Positions 17,468-30,400 of a stretch of 64,000 nucleotides of DNA are shown here, piece by piece. The position numbers and the translations under genes were made by a program. Under the pieces are notes generated by a model that did not search any database, had not been told where the DNA came from, and saw only the letters and a list, made by a program, of their open reading frames with translations. The stretch lies in the IMG/VR virus record IMGVR_UViG_3300028581_002181, positions 1-64,000 of that record. One strand, written 5' to 3'. This DNA is from a virus. Every line of letters starts with the position of its first letter. Position 1 is the stretch's first letter.

Positions 17468-20400
17468 TGGCTTACGATAACAATCAAGAAGAATCTACTC
17501 TACCAACAGCATCTGAAAATTCCAGCAAACGAAAATCCAGCAATTTGTTGCCAAGATTTTTTAGAACTCCTACCAACAATAAATTTCTATACAGCACACT
17601 GGATCAACTGTTGAATCCAGGCACAGTGGAAAAAATCAGTGCTTTCTATGGCAGAAAAACAGCCAAAGCATTTGTGCCCAATGACAGTTATGTGCAAGAA
17701 GTCAATGATGATCGACAAAATTATCAATTAGAACCAGTAGTGGTTCGCAGAGACAATCTCAACAACGTGACATTCTACAAAGACTATGTGGACTACATCA
17801 ATCAAATCAAAAGTTTGGGTGGTGTTGTGGACAACCACAGCGTGTTAAATGCACAGGAGTACTACAGTTGGAATCCCAACATTGACTGGGACAAATTTGT
17901 AAATTTTAGAGAGTACTATTGGCTGACCTATGGTCCCGATCCCATCACCATCACAGGATTGCAGCAGCAGGTACAGAGCACCTACACAGTCACGCTGAGT
18001 GATAATCAGGACAATGTGGCCTATCTTTTAACACCAGATGGTCAAACAGTTAATGCCACCATCACATTGTACAGAGGCATAACTTATCGTTTTGATATCA
18101 ACACTCCAGGCTTGCCATTCACTATTAAAACTGCAAGAACTTTGGATGAAGATTTTTTATTTGCTGAATCTCCCAACGGTGTAAGTGATCAAAACATAGA
18201 GCAGGGAGTGATAACTTTTGTGGTGGATCAAAACACACCCGACACTTTATATTATGTGGCTGCTAATGATATCAATGCACATGGATTGATAAAAGTGGCC
18301 AACATTGAAGAAAACAGTGAAATAGATGTGGAAAAAGAGATCATAGGCAAGAAAAATTTCACTCTAAACAATGGTATTGCACTTTCCAACGGTATGAAAG
18401 TAAATTTCAAAGGCAATGTTACTCCTGTAAAATATGCACAGCATGATTGGTATGTGGAAGGAGTTGGTACGGCTATTGAGTTGGTCAATGAGCAAGATCT
18501 AGCAGTGCCCAACGACATTGCAGATGAAAATTTAGAAACATTTGATGATGCAGAAGGATTTGACAGAGCCACTTATGATATTGACGACACTGCTGCTGAT
18601 GTGAAAGATTACATTGTTATTAAAAAAAATTCTTTGGATAAAAATCCATGGAGTAGAGCCAACAAATGGACACACAAATCAGTGCTGCAAGCGGTGGCCA
18701 ACTACAATGGAGTATCATTGGATGTGGATGAAACATTGAGAGCCAAACGACCCATCATAGAGTTTGATGCTGGTTTAAAATTGTATCAGTTTGGTACATT
18801 TGCCAAACAGAGTGTGGATGTGGTGGATACATTCACCACTGATGTGTTTTCCGACATAGAAGGAGCCACAGGCTACAATGTGGATGGCGTGGACCTAGTG
18901 GACGGCATGAGAATACTGGTGACTGCAGACACAGATGTACTGGTCAAAAACAAAATATTTCAAGTTAACATTATAAACTTTGGCGGAGACGGTGATCCCA
19001 CCAATAAACAAATTGCATTGACTGAACCCACTGATTGTCAACCTTTGGAAAATGAAGTGGTATTAATCCTTAATGGTGAAGTCAATCAAAGTAAAATGTT
19101 TTATTTTGATGGACAATCTTGGAAAACAGCACAATCAAAAATTTCAAATAATCAAGCACCATTGTTTGATCTATGTGATAGTACAGGATCGAGTTTTAGT
19201 GACACACAAAAATATTTCAGTACAAATTTTTTAGGCAATAAAGTTTTTAGCTATAGAATTGGCACAGGTGTTAATGACTCAGAACTAGGTTTTCCGCTAT
19301 CATATAGAAATGTCAATAATGTGGGTGACATAGTGTATGATTTTAATCTTTTAACGGATTCTTTCACCTATCAACAAGGTGACACATTGATACAAAAAAA
19401 CACAGATGTGGGATATTTAAAAAAATACAGCTCAAGAACATCAAAAAAATACACACATGGTTGGATCAAAGCTGCAAGTAACAGCAGGCAGATGGTGATA
19501 AGACAATACTTTGGTCAAGAACAAAGCAACGATTTTGCCATTGATCAGTATGCACACAGTGGGTTGATTCAAAATTTAATTCTTAAAGTCTATGTGGATG
19601 GTCAATTATTACAATCCAGTCAATTTACCACTTTTACAAACAATAATGTGCTGTATGTTCGATTGGTAAAAAAATTGCAAGAAAATCAATCAATAGTTTT
19701 CAAAACACACTGCAATGAACCAAAAACTTCTTTGGGTCATTATGAGATACCAATCAATTTACAAAACAATCCTCTCAATTCTAATATTACCAGTTTCACT
19801 TTTGGTGAAGTAAACAACCACACAAACAGCATAGTTGAAAATCTAGATACTTTTGTAGGAATTAATCCAGGATCTAACAATCTAAGAGATCTGGGAGATG
19901 TGACAATGTATGGCACTCAATTTGTGCAACACAGTGCACCAATCAATTTGGCTCTGTATCATGTTGCAGAAAAACAAGCCAATGTGGTCAAAGCAGTTGC
20001 CTACGCTGCTAAAGAATATGACAAATTTAAAAAATTATTTTTGCAAACTGCTGAAAATTCTGGCTTTGGCGGCACAGTGCGTGAACATGTGGATCTCATA
20101 ATGCAAAACATTAATGCTGATAAAAACGCTAATATGCCTTTTTATTTCAGTGATATGATTCCTTATGGAGCTGCAAAAAAATTATCTTACAAAGTGTACG
20201 ATGACAGCAATATATATTTTGCTTTGAGTCAAATATTCAGCATGAACACACTGAGCACCAAAGCAGTGCAGGTGTATTTGAATGGTGCACAATTGTTGCA
20301 TGGCATAGATTACAGTTTCAATAATGAAAATTTTTGTGTAATTTCAAAAGCATTAGTAGTTGATGATTTAGTTGAAATATTTGAATACGAAAGCACTATA

Positions 20401-23400
20401 GGTAATCATGTGCCACCTACACCAACCAAATTAGGTTTATATCCTAGATATCAACCAAAGATATATCAAGATGACACACTGATTGATCCAGTAGCTATGA
20501 TCCAAGGACATGATGGCAGTTTAATGGTAGCTTTTGGCGACTATCGAGATAACTTGTTACTGGAATTAGAAAAAAGAATTTACAATACTATTAAAGTTGA
20601 ATACAACAAAGATATTAGAAACATACATGATTTTATTCCAGGAGCATACAGAGATAAGGGATATAAAATTGAAAATATTAATCAATCAATTATAGATGAT
20701 TTTATCCGATGGAATAGTTTAGCAGGCGCATCAGATTACACAATTAATTTTTTCTATGATAGTTTGAATGATTTTACCTATAATCACTCCCACATGCTGT
20801 CTCCCGAAGGAAAACCATTGCCAGGATTTTGGAGAGCCGTTTACAAACAAGCCTATGACACAGATAGACCACACAGTCATCCTTGGGAGATGTTGGGCTT
20901 CAGCGAGCAGCCCACTTGGTGGAACCAAGTGTATGGTCCAGCACCCTACACCAGTGACAACTTGATTCTTTGGGAAGACCTTCAGGCTGGTGTGATCAGA
21001 CAACCAGGCAAAAAATTAGTGTATGACAGTAGATACAAACGCACTGATCTATTAACACATCTACCTGTGGACGAAGATGGTAATTTACTCAGTCCCATGG
21101 AAAGTAATTACGCAAAAAATTTTATTTTAACTTTGTCCACTGAAAATTTTAAATTTGGAGATCATGCACCAGTAGAGACTGCTTGGAGACGCAGTTCCAA
21201 CTATCCTTTTGCTGTGTTAAAAGCAATGATATTGAATAGACCTGCCTTCACTATGGGCGTAAATTTTGACGTATCAAGAATTTCTAAAAATATCACTGAT
21301 GAAATAATAAACAATGTGACTGAAAAAAGAATTACTTTAAAAGATTTAATTTTTCCTAACAGTCAAAAAGATGAAAATTTAGTTTTAACGTCAGGCATAA
21401 TCAACTACGTTGCAGATTACATTAAAACAGATGTGTTAACAAATTATCAAAATTATAAGCAATCATTGACAAGTCTCACACAACAATTGGGATTTAGAGT
21501 GAAAGGATTCACGGAAAAAGAAAAATTTAAATTATTGTTGGACAGTAGATCTCCATTGAACAAAAGCAATGTGTTTGTGCCAGACGAAAACTATGACATA
21601 CATTTGAATGTCAGCTCGCCGATTGAAGTGCTGTCATACAGTGGTGTAGTTATTGAAAAACTTCCTAAAGGATTTGTGATCAAAGGATATGATTCCAACT
21701 ATCCTAAATTTAATTATTTAGAACCAGTGAAAAAAACAGATGATCCAATTAAAAAAGTTGGTGCTGTCAGCAGTCAGTATGTTGTATGGACTGTGGGCAA
21801 ACGTTATTCAGCCACGCAAATAGTGCAGTTTCAAGATCAATATTATGCAGTGAAGATAGATCATTTCAGTGGCAATGCATTTGATAATGCAAAGTATCAG
21901 AGATTGCCAGCCTTGCCAACTGAAGGTGGAGTTGTTGCTACGTTTAGTAAAAATTTTTCCAAAACTATTTCTACAATTGATTACGGCACAGTATTGTCTA
22001 AAGAACAAGATGTGGTTGATTTTTTATTAGGATATTCTGCATATCTTGAATCCAAAGGTTTTATTTTTGATAGTTTTAATAAAGAAATTAACACTGTAGA
22101 AAATTGGAGTTTAAGCGCACAAGAGTTTTTATTCTGGACCACACAAAACTGGAGATCCGGAGCAGTGTTAGCCTTAAGTCCTGCAGCCAATGCGTTGAAA
22201 TTAAAAACGCAATACACCGTGGCAGATAATGTGTTTGATAATTTTTATGATTATGCAGTATTAAGAGCAGATGGTGTAAAAATATTAAAACAAAGACTAC
22301 AAGTGGTTCGTCAAGGCAATGACTTTACATTGAACACAAAAAATACCAATGAAGGAATTTATTTTGTAAAAATTCCGTTGATACAAAAGGAGCACGTGGT
22401 ATTAATAGACAATATCACTGTGTTCAACGATGTAATTTATGATTTAGCTCCAGGATACAGACAAGAACGTATCAAAGTCATAGGGTATGTGGTCAGTGAT
22501 TGGAATGGATCTTTAGACGTGCCAGGATTTGTGTATGATGAAGTAATTGTGAAAGAATGGCAGACTTACACAGATTATGCCATGAGCGATGTGGTCAAAC
22601 ACAAAGAATTTTTTTACAGCGCTAATGTGAATGTGAAAGGTAATGATATTTTTGAAGATGAATTTTGGACTAGGTTAGATCAACGACCTGTGAGCATTCT
22701 TAGACCAAATTTTGAATACAAAACCAATCAATTTGGTGACTTCTATGATTTGGACACAGATAATTTTGATGTGGGACAGCAAAAATTAGCACAACATTTG
22801 ATAGGTTATCAAAAGAGAGAATATTTACAGAACATTATCAATGATGATGTGGCGCAATATAAATTTTATCAAGGATTCATACAGGACAAAGGCACCAAGA
22901 ACGCACTGAGCAAATTGTTTGACTCATTGGCAAGTGCTGACAAAGACAGTATTGAATTCTATGAAGAATGGGCAATTAGAACTGGACAGTATGGTGCAGC
23001 ACAAGCATTTGATGAAGTGGAATATCTATTAGACGAAAAAAAATTTAGACTAAATCCGCAACCTGTGTTGTTGACTGATGATCCTACACCATCAGATCCT
23101 GATTTTGTGGTGCGAGTTAAATCTGATGAAACTTATTTACAATCATTGAATTACAATCACAGACCATTTCCTGTGAAAACTAGCACAGAAGAATATATTA
23201 AAACAGCTGGCTTTGTGGATCCAGAAGATGTGGATTTTACATTTAAATCTTATGATGACATACTTGCCATAGACACAACACAATTAAAATTTGGACAATA
23301 TGTGTGGATAGGATTTTTTCAACAAAGTTGGAACATTTATAAACATGTCAAAACAGAATTTAAAGTGCTCGTAGTAGAAGAACAAAATAATTTGGTTATT

Positions 23401-24414
23401 GTGACCACCGATTTGCCTGCAGCGTTGAATGTGAATGACATAATTTCTGTGACCATACCACAACTCGACTCCACACAGTTGTTTAAAGTGAAAAGTGTTG
23501 CGTTGGACAAAATCACTTGTGAAAAAAATGGCGTCACACAGAAGACAACCAACGATGGATCTTCATTTGGATTTCTAGGTAAATTTATCAGCAACAAGTT
23601 GAGCAATCTTCAAAGTATTAACAGCAAAGCCAGTGAACTTGCTGGATTCAAAGACAATGATTTATTTTGGATAGAAAACAACAATCTTAATGATTGGGTA
23701 GTGTTAAAAAATAAAAAAACTTTTCAAAAACATCAACATATTACAAATTGGAACACTGTCAGCAGCGGCTCTTATGGACAAAGCATAGCAGTGGATCACA
23801 GCAACAACGTGATGGTGGTGGCAGATAAAAATATTGGACTGTACGTGTATCAGCGTGGCAGCAATGGAGGTCAATTCACTCTGAGACAAGTGATAGACGT
23901 GCCACAGAACATATGGACAGGCACAGCAGACTTTGGAGCGGCAGTAGATATCAGCCCAGATGGCAAATACATAGTGGTAGGTGCTCCCAAAGCCTCCCAA
24001 GTTCGATCCTATTACAAAGGTGTGTACAATGTGAGCGCATCGTATGCTGTGGGTGACATAGTGCTGCACAAACAACAATTATGGAGTGTGGTGAATCCGG
24101 TATTGGGCCAAGACCCTTCAGTGGACTTTACCACATTCAGTGCCACCAGTTTTTGGAGTGAAGCTGAATATGATGCAGGCACAAACAGTTATCCTGAAAT
24201 CAAACAAATGATCACAGGCAATTACACATTCGCAGGCGTGGGTGCTGACCACATTTTGATCAGAGCCACCACAGATCAATACAGAGGCAGTGCAGTGGGC
24301 GACACTTTGGTATTGTACTGGAACAATTTGACCACAGAATATCCCGCAGGCAACACACCATTCAATGGCACAGCAGTGGGCATAAACAAAGCGTTTATTA
24401 TGGACCGCATTTGA
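17467..24414 (+). CDS. Giant baseplate wedge/virion protein, N-terminal part (gp7-like position)
   Basis: 2315-aa ORF coupled to gp6 (TAATG). It ends inside an FG-GAP-like propeller region and probably continues in the next ORF. Confidence 0.7.
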   Translation: MAYDNNQEESTLPTASENSSKRKSSNLLPRFFRTPTNNKFLYSTLDQLLNPGTVEKISAFYGRKTAKAFVPNDSYVQEVNDDRQNYQLEPVVVRRDNLNNVTFYKDYVDYINQIKSLGGVVDNHSVLNAQEYYSWNPNIDWDKFVNFREYYWLTYGPDPITITGLQQQVQSTYTVTLSDNQDNVAYLLTPDGQTVNATITLYRGITYRFDINTPGLPFTIKTARTLDEDFLFAESPNGVSDQNIEQGVITFVVDQNTPDTLYYVAANDINAHGLIKVANIEENSEIDVEKEIIGKKNFTLNNGIALSNGMKVNFKGNVTPVKYAQHDWYVEGVGTAIELVNEQDLAVPNDIADENLETFDDAEGFDRATYDIDDTAADVKDYIVIKKNSLDKNPWSRANKWTHKSVLQAVANYNGVSLDVDETLRAKRPIIEFDAGLKLYQFGTFAKQSVDVVDTFTTDVFSDIEGATGYNVDGVDLVDGMRILVTADTDVLVKNKIFQVNIINFGGDGDPTNKQIALTEPTDCQPLENEVVLILNGEVNQSKMFYFDGQSWKTAQSKISNNQAPLFDLCDSTGSSFSDTQKYFSTNFLGNKVFSYRIGTGVNDSELGFPLSYRNVNNVGDIVYDFNLLTDSFTYQQGDTLIQKNTDVGYLKKYSSRTSKKYTHGWIKAASNSRQMVIRQYFGQEQSNDFAIDQYAHSGLIQNLILKVYVDGQLLQSSQFTTFTNNNVLYVRLVKKLQENQSIVFKTHCNEPKTSLGHYEIPINLQNNPLNSNITSFTFGEVNNHTNSIVENLDTFVGINPGSNNLRDLGDVTMYGTQFVQHSAPINLALYHVAEKQANVVKAVAYAAKEYDKFKKLFLQTAENSGFGGTVREHVDLIMQNINADKNANMPFYFSDMIPYGAAKKLSYKVYDDSNIYFALSQIFSMNTLSTKAVQVYLNGAQLLHGIDYSFNNENFCVISKALVVDDLVEIFEYESTIGNHVPPTPTKLGLYPRYQPKIYQDDTLIDPVAMIQGHDGSLMVAFGDYRDNLLLELEKRIYNTIKVEYNKDIRNIHDFIPGAYRDKGYKIENINQSIIDDFIRWNSLAGASDYTINFFYDSLNDFTYNHSHMLSPEGKPLPGFWRAVYKQAYDTDRPHSHPWEMLGFSEQPTWWNQVYGPAPYTSDNLILWEDLQAGVIRQPGKKLVYDSRYKRTDLLTHLPVDEDGNLLSPMESNYAKNFILTLSTENFKFGDHAPVETAWRRSSNYPFAVLKAMILNRPAFTMGVNFDVSRISKNITDEIINNVTEKRITLKDLIFPNSQKDENLVLTSGIINYVADYIKTDVLTNYQNYKQSLTSLTQQLGFRVKGFTEKEKFKLLLDSRSPLNKSNVFVPDENYDIHLNVSSPIEVLSYSGVVIEKLPKGFVIKGYDSNYPKFNYLEPVKKTDDPIKKVGAVSSQYVVWTVGKRYSATQIVQFQDQYYAVKIDHFSGNAFDNAKYQRLPALPTEGGVVATFSKNFSKTISTIDYGTVLSKEQDVVDFLLGYSAYLESKGFIFDSFNKEINTVENWSLSAQEFLFWTTQNWRSGAVLALSPAANALKLKTQYTVADNVFDNFYDYAVLRADGVKILKQRLQVVRQGNDFTLNTKNTNEGIYFVKIPLIQKEHVVLIDNITVFNDVIYDLAPGYRQERIKVIGYVVSDWNGSLDVPGFVYDEVIVKEWQTYTDYAMSDVVKHKEFFYSANVNVKGNDIFEDEFWTRLDQRPVSILRPNFEYKTNQFGDFYDLDTDNFDVGQQKLAQHLIGYQKREYLQNIINDDVAQYKFYQGFIQDKGTKNALSKLFDSLASADKDSIEFYEEWAIRTGQYGAAQAFDEVEYLLDEKKFRLNPQPVLLTDDPTPSDPDFVVRVKSDETYLQSLNYNHRPFPVKTSTEEYIKTAGFVDPEDVDFTFKSYDDILAIDTTQLKFGQYVWIGFFQQSWNIYKHVKTEFKVLVVEEQNNLVIVTTDLPAALNVNDIISVTIPQLDSTQLFKVKSVALDKITCEKNGVTQKTTNDGSSFGFLGKFISNKLSNLQSINSKASELAGFKDNDLFWIENNNLNDWVVLKNKKTFQKHQHITNWNTVSSGSYGQSIAVDHSNNVMVVADKNIGLYVYQRGSNGGQFTLRQVIDVPQNIWTGTADFGAAVDISPDGKYIVVGAPKASQVRSYYKGVYNVSASYAVGDIVLHKQQLWSVVNPVLGQDPSVDFTTFSATSFWSEAEYDAGTNSYPEIKQMITGNYTFAGVGADHILIRATTDQYRGSAVGDTLVLYWNNLTTEYPAGNTPFNGTAVGINKAFIMDRI

Positions 24415-27400
24415 TTGATGAAAAAATTGATGAAATTATCAACATAGATTTGATCATTACTGCTCCCACAGTGGGTGATGTGTTGAACACTGATAGCGCC
24501 AACGGCACAGTGGCATATATTTTTACTCAAGGCACTCAATCTATCATATATTTAAAAGATGTCACAGGTAATTTAACAGATGCTGCTCAAATAAAATTAG
24601 GGCCAACTCCAGTGGGTGATTATACTCGCGTGTTATTGGAAGATTACGACAGTGTGGCTGGATGGTGGAAAATAGATGTGCCGTCACCAGGAACCACATC
24701 AGGACAGTCTGACAACAAAAAATCACTGGTGGTGAGAGACATTATCAAAGCAGGTGATCCACGCACAGCTTTCTTGTATTTCAACAGTTTGGATACACAA
24801 CAAGCACAATCAATATTGCCAACTGTGATCACACCTGCCAGTCAGTTGAGCATCTTGAGTTATTACAAGACAGAATCTATCCCTGGTTACAGCATCTACA
24901 CAGGAGATATATTTGACAATAGATTCTTAGTGAGGGCGCCTAAATCTATGAGTGATGTGCTGCCCACTGCTACCTATGATGAAGTGGGAATTTGGTTCAA
25001 TACCATACAGACAGGAATACCTCCTGTGGTGACTGAGCCCACTGCTTTGGATTTACCTTTTGAGGATCTCAATGGTGTGAAAGAAATAATTGATGTATGG
25101 AATGGATTTTTGAGAGTGCTGGCACAACCAGATGGTTTGGGAACATTCTATGTGCCCACAGTGGGTGACACAGTGCAGGATGATGCCACAGGCAGTCAAG
25201 CAGAAGTCACTTATGTTAAAGTGATTGGTTTTAATCTATTACAAATATACATCAAAAACAAAACTGGATCCTTCAGTGTGGGCACTGACTTTGGTCCGCC
25301 AGTCAATTTGACATTGATCGGCACGCCCAATAGAACTGTGGGAGTGATTCAACGCAGTGAATTGGAAGATGCAGTGGTGGGCTCATTGTTTGTGTTTAAT
25401 AATCCATCTGTGCTAACTCCAATCAGCAACAGCGCATATCATTTTATAAATGGTTTGGAATATTATCTGTATCAAGATATCACACAGGATGGAGTGAGCA
25501 GACAGGCCAGTGTGCCAGCACGCACCAACAGAGACTATAAACAAACTTTCAATATACCAGCTGGATTGGGCTACAATTCAGGATTGACTGAGCAAGGAAT
25601 ATTCATGGTGTACCAGCGTCAGCGCAACAATAGCTACACATTGTATCAATCTTTCATAGTGCCGCAAGCACAGCCTGCAGCATTATCAGCAGAAGGAAAT
25701 TTTCTTGGATTGGGCACATCTGTCAAAATGAGACAGAACAATAATGTGATAACTCTTTATGTGGGCACAGCTTCCACCAATGGTGGAGCCAGTGCTGGTA
25801 GATTGTACTTTGTTAAAAAGGCTGCAAGTATTCCAGACTGGCATTTGAATGTGAATCCATTATACACAGGATTGTTTGATGTCACAGAAACTTACTACAC
25901 CAATGATTTGGCAGCATACAACGATGTCATATACAAAAGTTTGACCATACAAGGTCCTGGAAGTTTCAATGCAATATTTTGGGAAGAACAACCCGAAGGC
26001 ATTGACTATTTGGGATTCGTGCCACCAGGACCAATACCAGGATCACCCTCATTTCCCACAATTGAAGGAGACAGCACACAGAACATACAATCAGTGACGT
26101 CTTTTGGTTCTGCTTTTGATGTGAACGATTCAGGATCAGTGCTTGCAGTGGCCATTGACGATCTAGTGGACTCTTCTGTGCAAAAAAAACTAGTGGTGTA
26201 TAGATTGAACAACAATAGATATCAATTTGCACAAACTCTTACATCACCAGACAGTGGAGAAGACAATTCGGAATTTGCAAGCAAAATAGCTGTGAGCAAC
26301 AATGGCATGTTCATAGCTGTGTCTAGTCCTAAAGCTGATCAAGTTGTCACAGATGGTGGAGTGGTATACTTGTACAAACAGATCAATGGTGTGTTTCAAA
26401 CAGTGCAAACGCTAACAAGTCCACAGCCCAAAGCCACAGAAAGATTTGGAAACAATTTAGATTTTGATGGTAACACATTGGTTGTGTCCAGTCTCAACGG
26501 TGACACAGAATTAAATTTCAGTCTGGATCAAGGACTAACGTATTTTGACAAAGGTGCCACCACATTTAACACCAAAATTTACAACACAGGGTCAATCTAT
26601 GTGTATGAAAATTACAATGACGTGCTGATATATGCTAATGAATTCAGTGTGAATAATACCAATCTATCTGAATTTGGAAAAAATTTAAAAATTATTGACA
26701 ACCATGTGTATGCATCTTTGCCTTATTATATGAATGATCTGTCATCTCCTAATACAGAAGGATTAATAATTGATTTTAGAAAATCTACAGATTCAAACAC
26801 ATGGGTCAATCATAAATCTCCAATGTACACAGTGGATCTACACAAAGTTAAATCCATCTTTTTATACAATGTTAAGACTAAAAAATTAATTTCAAAATTG
26901 GATTATTTAGATCCTATACAAGGAAAAATTGCTGGCACTGCCGAACAAGAATTATATTACAAAACCAATTATGATCCAGCAATCTACACCAATGGACAGG
27001 CAGGAGTCACAGTGGATGTACAAACCAGTTGGAGCAAAGAACAAGTGGGTAGATTGTGGTGGGATTTGAGCACTGTAAAATTTTATAATGCATATCAAAA
27101 TAATATTATTTTTGCTAATAATTATTGGAACAAGATATTTCCAGGATCATCCATAGATGTGTGTGAATGGGTTGAATCCACTTATACTCCACAAGAATGG
27201 AATGCATTGGCCAGCAGTAATTCTGCAGCATCTGTGCTGGCTGGCATAAGCGGCACTGCTCGTTACAACACAGCAACTTATGCTGAAAGACGTGTGTATG
27301 ACTATATTTCAAAAAGTTTTAGCGTTAGATATTATTTTTGGGTAAAAGATAAAAAAACTTTACCTAATATAGAAGGCAGAAAAATTACTGCATTTGATGT

Positions 27401-30400
27401 AGCACAATTAATAGAAGATCCAAGAAAACAATTTTATAGACATGTGACATTATTGAGCGATAATAAATTTTCATTATATCATGTTTCCAACTTATTAGAA
27501 AATCAAGATATTGCTATTAATTTTAATTTTTGGAATATTGAAGATAAAAATATTAATATTCACAATCAATATCAATTAATAAGTGATGGCGTCAGTTACA
27601 GTAGACCCAACAAAGAAATAGAGTCTGTGTGGTTTAATAGTTTAATTGGATATGATGAAAATTTCCGCACAGTGCCAGACGAAAAACTCAGTATCAAATA
27701 CAAATATGGCACATTGAGAAAACCAAGACAAAGCTGGTTTATAAATCGTATTGAAGCATTAAAGCAATTGATTGAAAGAATCAATGCAGTTTGCAGTAAA
27801 AATTTAATAGTTTATAACAATGATATCAGTAGGTTATCAGAATCTCAAATAAAACCCAGCAGTGTGAAAAGATTATATGACCTTAGCAAAGATTCATTTG
27901 CTGATTTAGCTTTTGTGGGCACAGCCAATGTAACTCCAGCAGTGCTGACGCCTGTGATTGTAGATGGAAAAATAATTACAGTGAACATTGCTACTCCTGG
28001 CAGTGGGTACAAAGTGGTACCAACTTACAAAATAGTAGATCCCAGCAACACTGGATCAGGAGCCGAATTAACACTGACAATTAACGTGTCTGGACAAATT
28101 ACCAGTGTCACTGTCAATCGCAGTGGCAGCAATTACAGCAGCAACACACGCATAGAAGTAAGAAAATTCAGTGTGCTGATTGAATCTGACGAAAACGTGA
28201 ACGGCAAATGGGCCATTTACAATTGGGATGAAGAAGAAAACATTTGGAACAGAAGCATATTGCAAGCCTATAATGTAAATTCATTCTGGAATTATGTGGA
28301 CTGGTACGCTGAAAATTATGGAAAATTTACAGAAATAGATTACAGTATTTCAGACAGTTACAAATTACAACTAATAAATGATGAAATTGGTGACATAGTA
28401 AAAATTGAAAATATAGGCACTGGTGGATGGATATTGTTGGAGAAAATAGACAATAAACCAGATGTAGATTACACTATCAATTACAAAACTGTGGGTAGAC
28501 AGAATGGCACCATACAGTTTTCTAATCAATTGTTTGATTTTACATCTTCTGTCACAGTAGGGTTCAACAATACCAGTTATGATTTAAACACATATGATTA
28601 TCAACCCATTACAGAAACCAGAATCATATTGGAGACCATAAGAGATTATATTTTTATTAATGAGTTAGAGATTGAATACAATCAACTATTTTTTGCTAGT
28701 CTTAGATATGTGTTTTCTGAGCAGTCGTCAGTGGACTGGGCATTCAAAACCAGTTTTGTAAAAGGCAAACATAATGTGGGAGAATTATCTCAAAAAGTAG
28801 TGTATAAAAATGATAATTTAGAAAATTATCAAGATTATATTGATGAAGTAAAACCTTACAAAACTAAAGTTAGAGAATACATCAGTGCTTATGAATTACT
28901 CGACAATGATCCTACTGGTGTAACTGATTTTGATTTGCCTGCCACTTATAATTCTCAAACAAATAAAATAGAAGTAAGTGTTGCAAAAATTGCCAATAAT
29001 CAAATAAATGGATACAATCTCACAAACACATATCCCAACAAGCATTGGTTGGATAATTTAGGTTTTAAAATAAAAGAAATTAAAATTTCTAATTCAGGCA
29101 GTGGATATTTGGGCGTGCCTGTGTTGCATATTTTAGGCGGTGGAGGCACAGGTGCTGCTGCTAAAGCATACGTGACCAATGGAAGAGTTATACGTATCGA
29201 AATCATCAGTCAAGGATCAGGATACACATCAGCTCCTACAATTAGCATCCAAGGCACACTGAGTGCAGGAGGCATTACTGCCACTGCTGTGGCCATATTG
29301 GGTGACTCTTTGATCAAATCCACACACATCAGAGTAAAATTTGATAGAACCACTGGCACATTATTAATCAATGATCTTGTGAGAACCGAAAATTTTGTAG
29401 GCACAGGTAATCAACCAAAATTTTTATTAAAATGGCCTATCAATTTAAAATCTAACAAGATCACAGTAACAGTGAATCAAAGAAGAGCTTTGTTTAGTGA
29501 ATACATTTATAACAATGCAGAAGATACCAGCAAATCCTATCTGCGTTCTAAAGGTTTTGTTGCGTTTAATCAGCCTCCAGCATTGGGTAGTTCAATCCAA
29601 ATACAATATGAAATTGATGCCAATGTGTTGCAAACTCAAGATAGAGTGAATTTGCTGTATAATCCTACCACAGGTCAGCTAGGCAAAGATCTAGCTCAAT
29701 TGATTGATGGTATAGACTATGGCGGAGTAGAGGTACGCAGTTTTTCATTTGGTGGAGGCACAGGTTGGGACGCTGACCCTTATTTTAGTTCCACTTGGGA
29801 TACCTATGATACCACATTTGAAGATGAAGTGTTTAGATTGGATGGCAGCACCAACACTTTTGTGCTGAGTCAGCCATTGGCAGCAGGAGTCAATTATAAC
29901 ATTTACAAAAACGGCGTAAGAATAGACGATCCTAACTATGGCACACTTCAACCAGTGAGTAATCCTAATGCACTGATGAAAACTATTGTGGGTGATGGCA
30001 GCACCACTGTGGTACAAATTGACGAGCAAATTATCCCCACAGTGAACAATGATTTAATTGTTATTCGTAAATCCACCAGCGATGGAAGTTTCTTACCAGA
30101 TCCTGATGCATACGATACATTATTACAAGGAGGTGATTTAACCTACAACACTGCCACAGGAATACTGGCACAAGACATCATTGTGGATGGTGATGGATTT
30201 GTAACACCTACCACCAGCAAAGGTCCAGAAGAACTAGTTCCAGGACAAGTGTTGGACACTGTGGACATACAAGTGTATGACAGATCAGGAGAAACCGGCA
30301 GCAGAATCAACAGTTACAACTACAGAGGCAATGGCACCACCACTACATTTGTCATAGACTCACTGCCACAGAGTCAAGAAGGTGTATTTGTGAAGGTCAA

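Noticed and set aside
24249-24414. Canonical programmed -1 frameshift in the giant protein
   Set aside because: No in-frame X XXY YYZ heptamer lies in the overlap, so a single-base indel is the simpler explanation (kept as a finding in that form).
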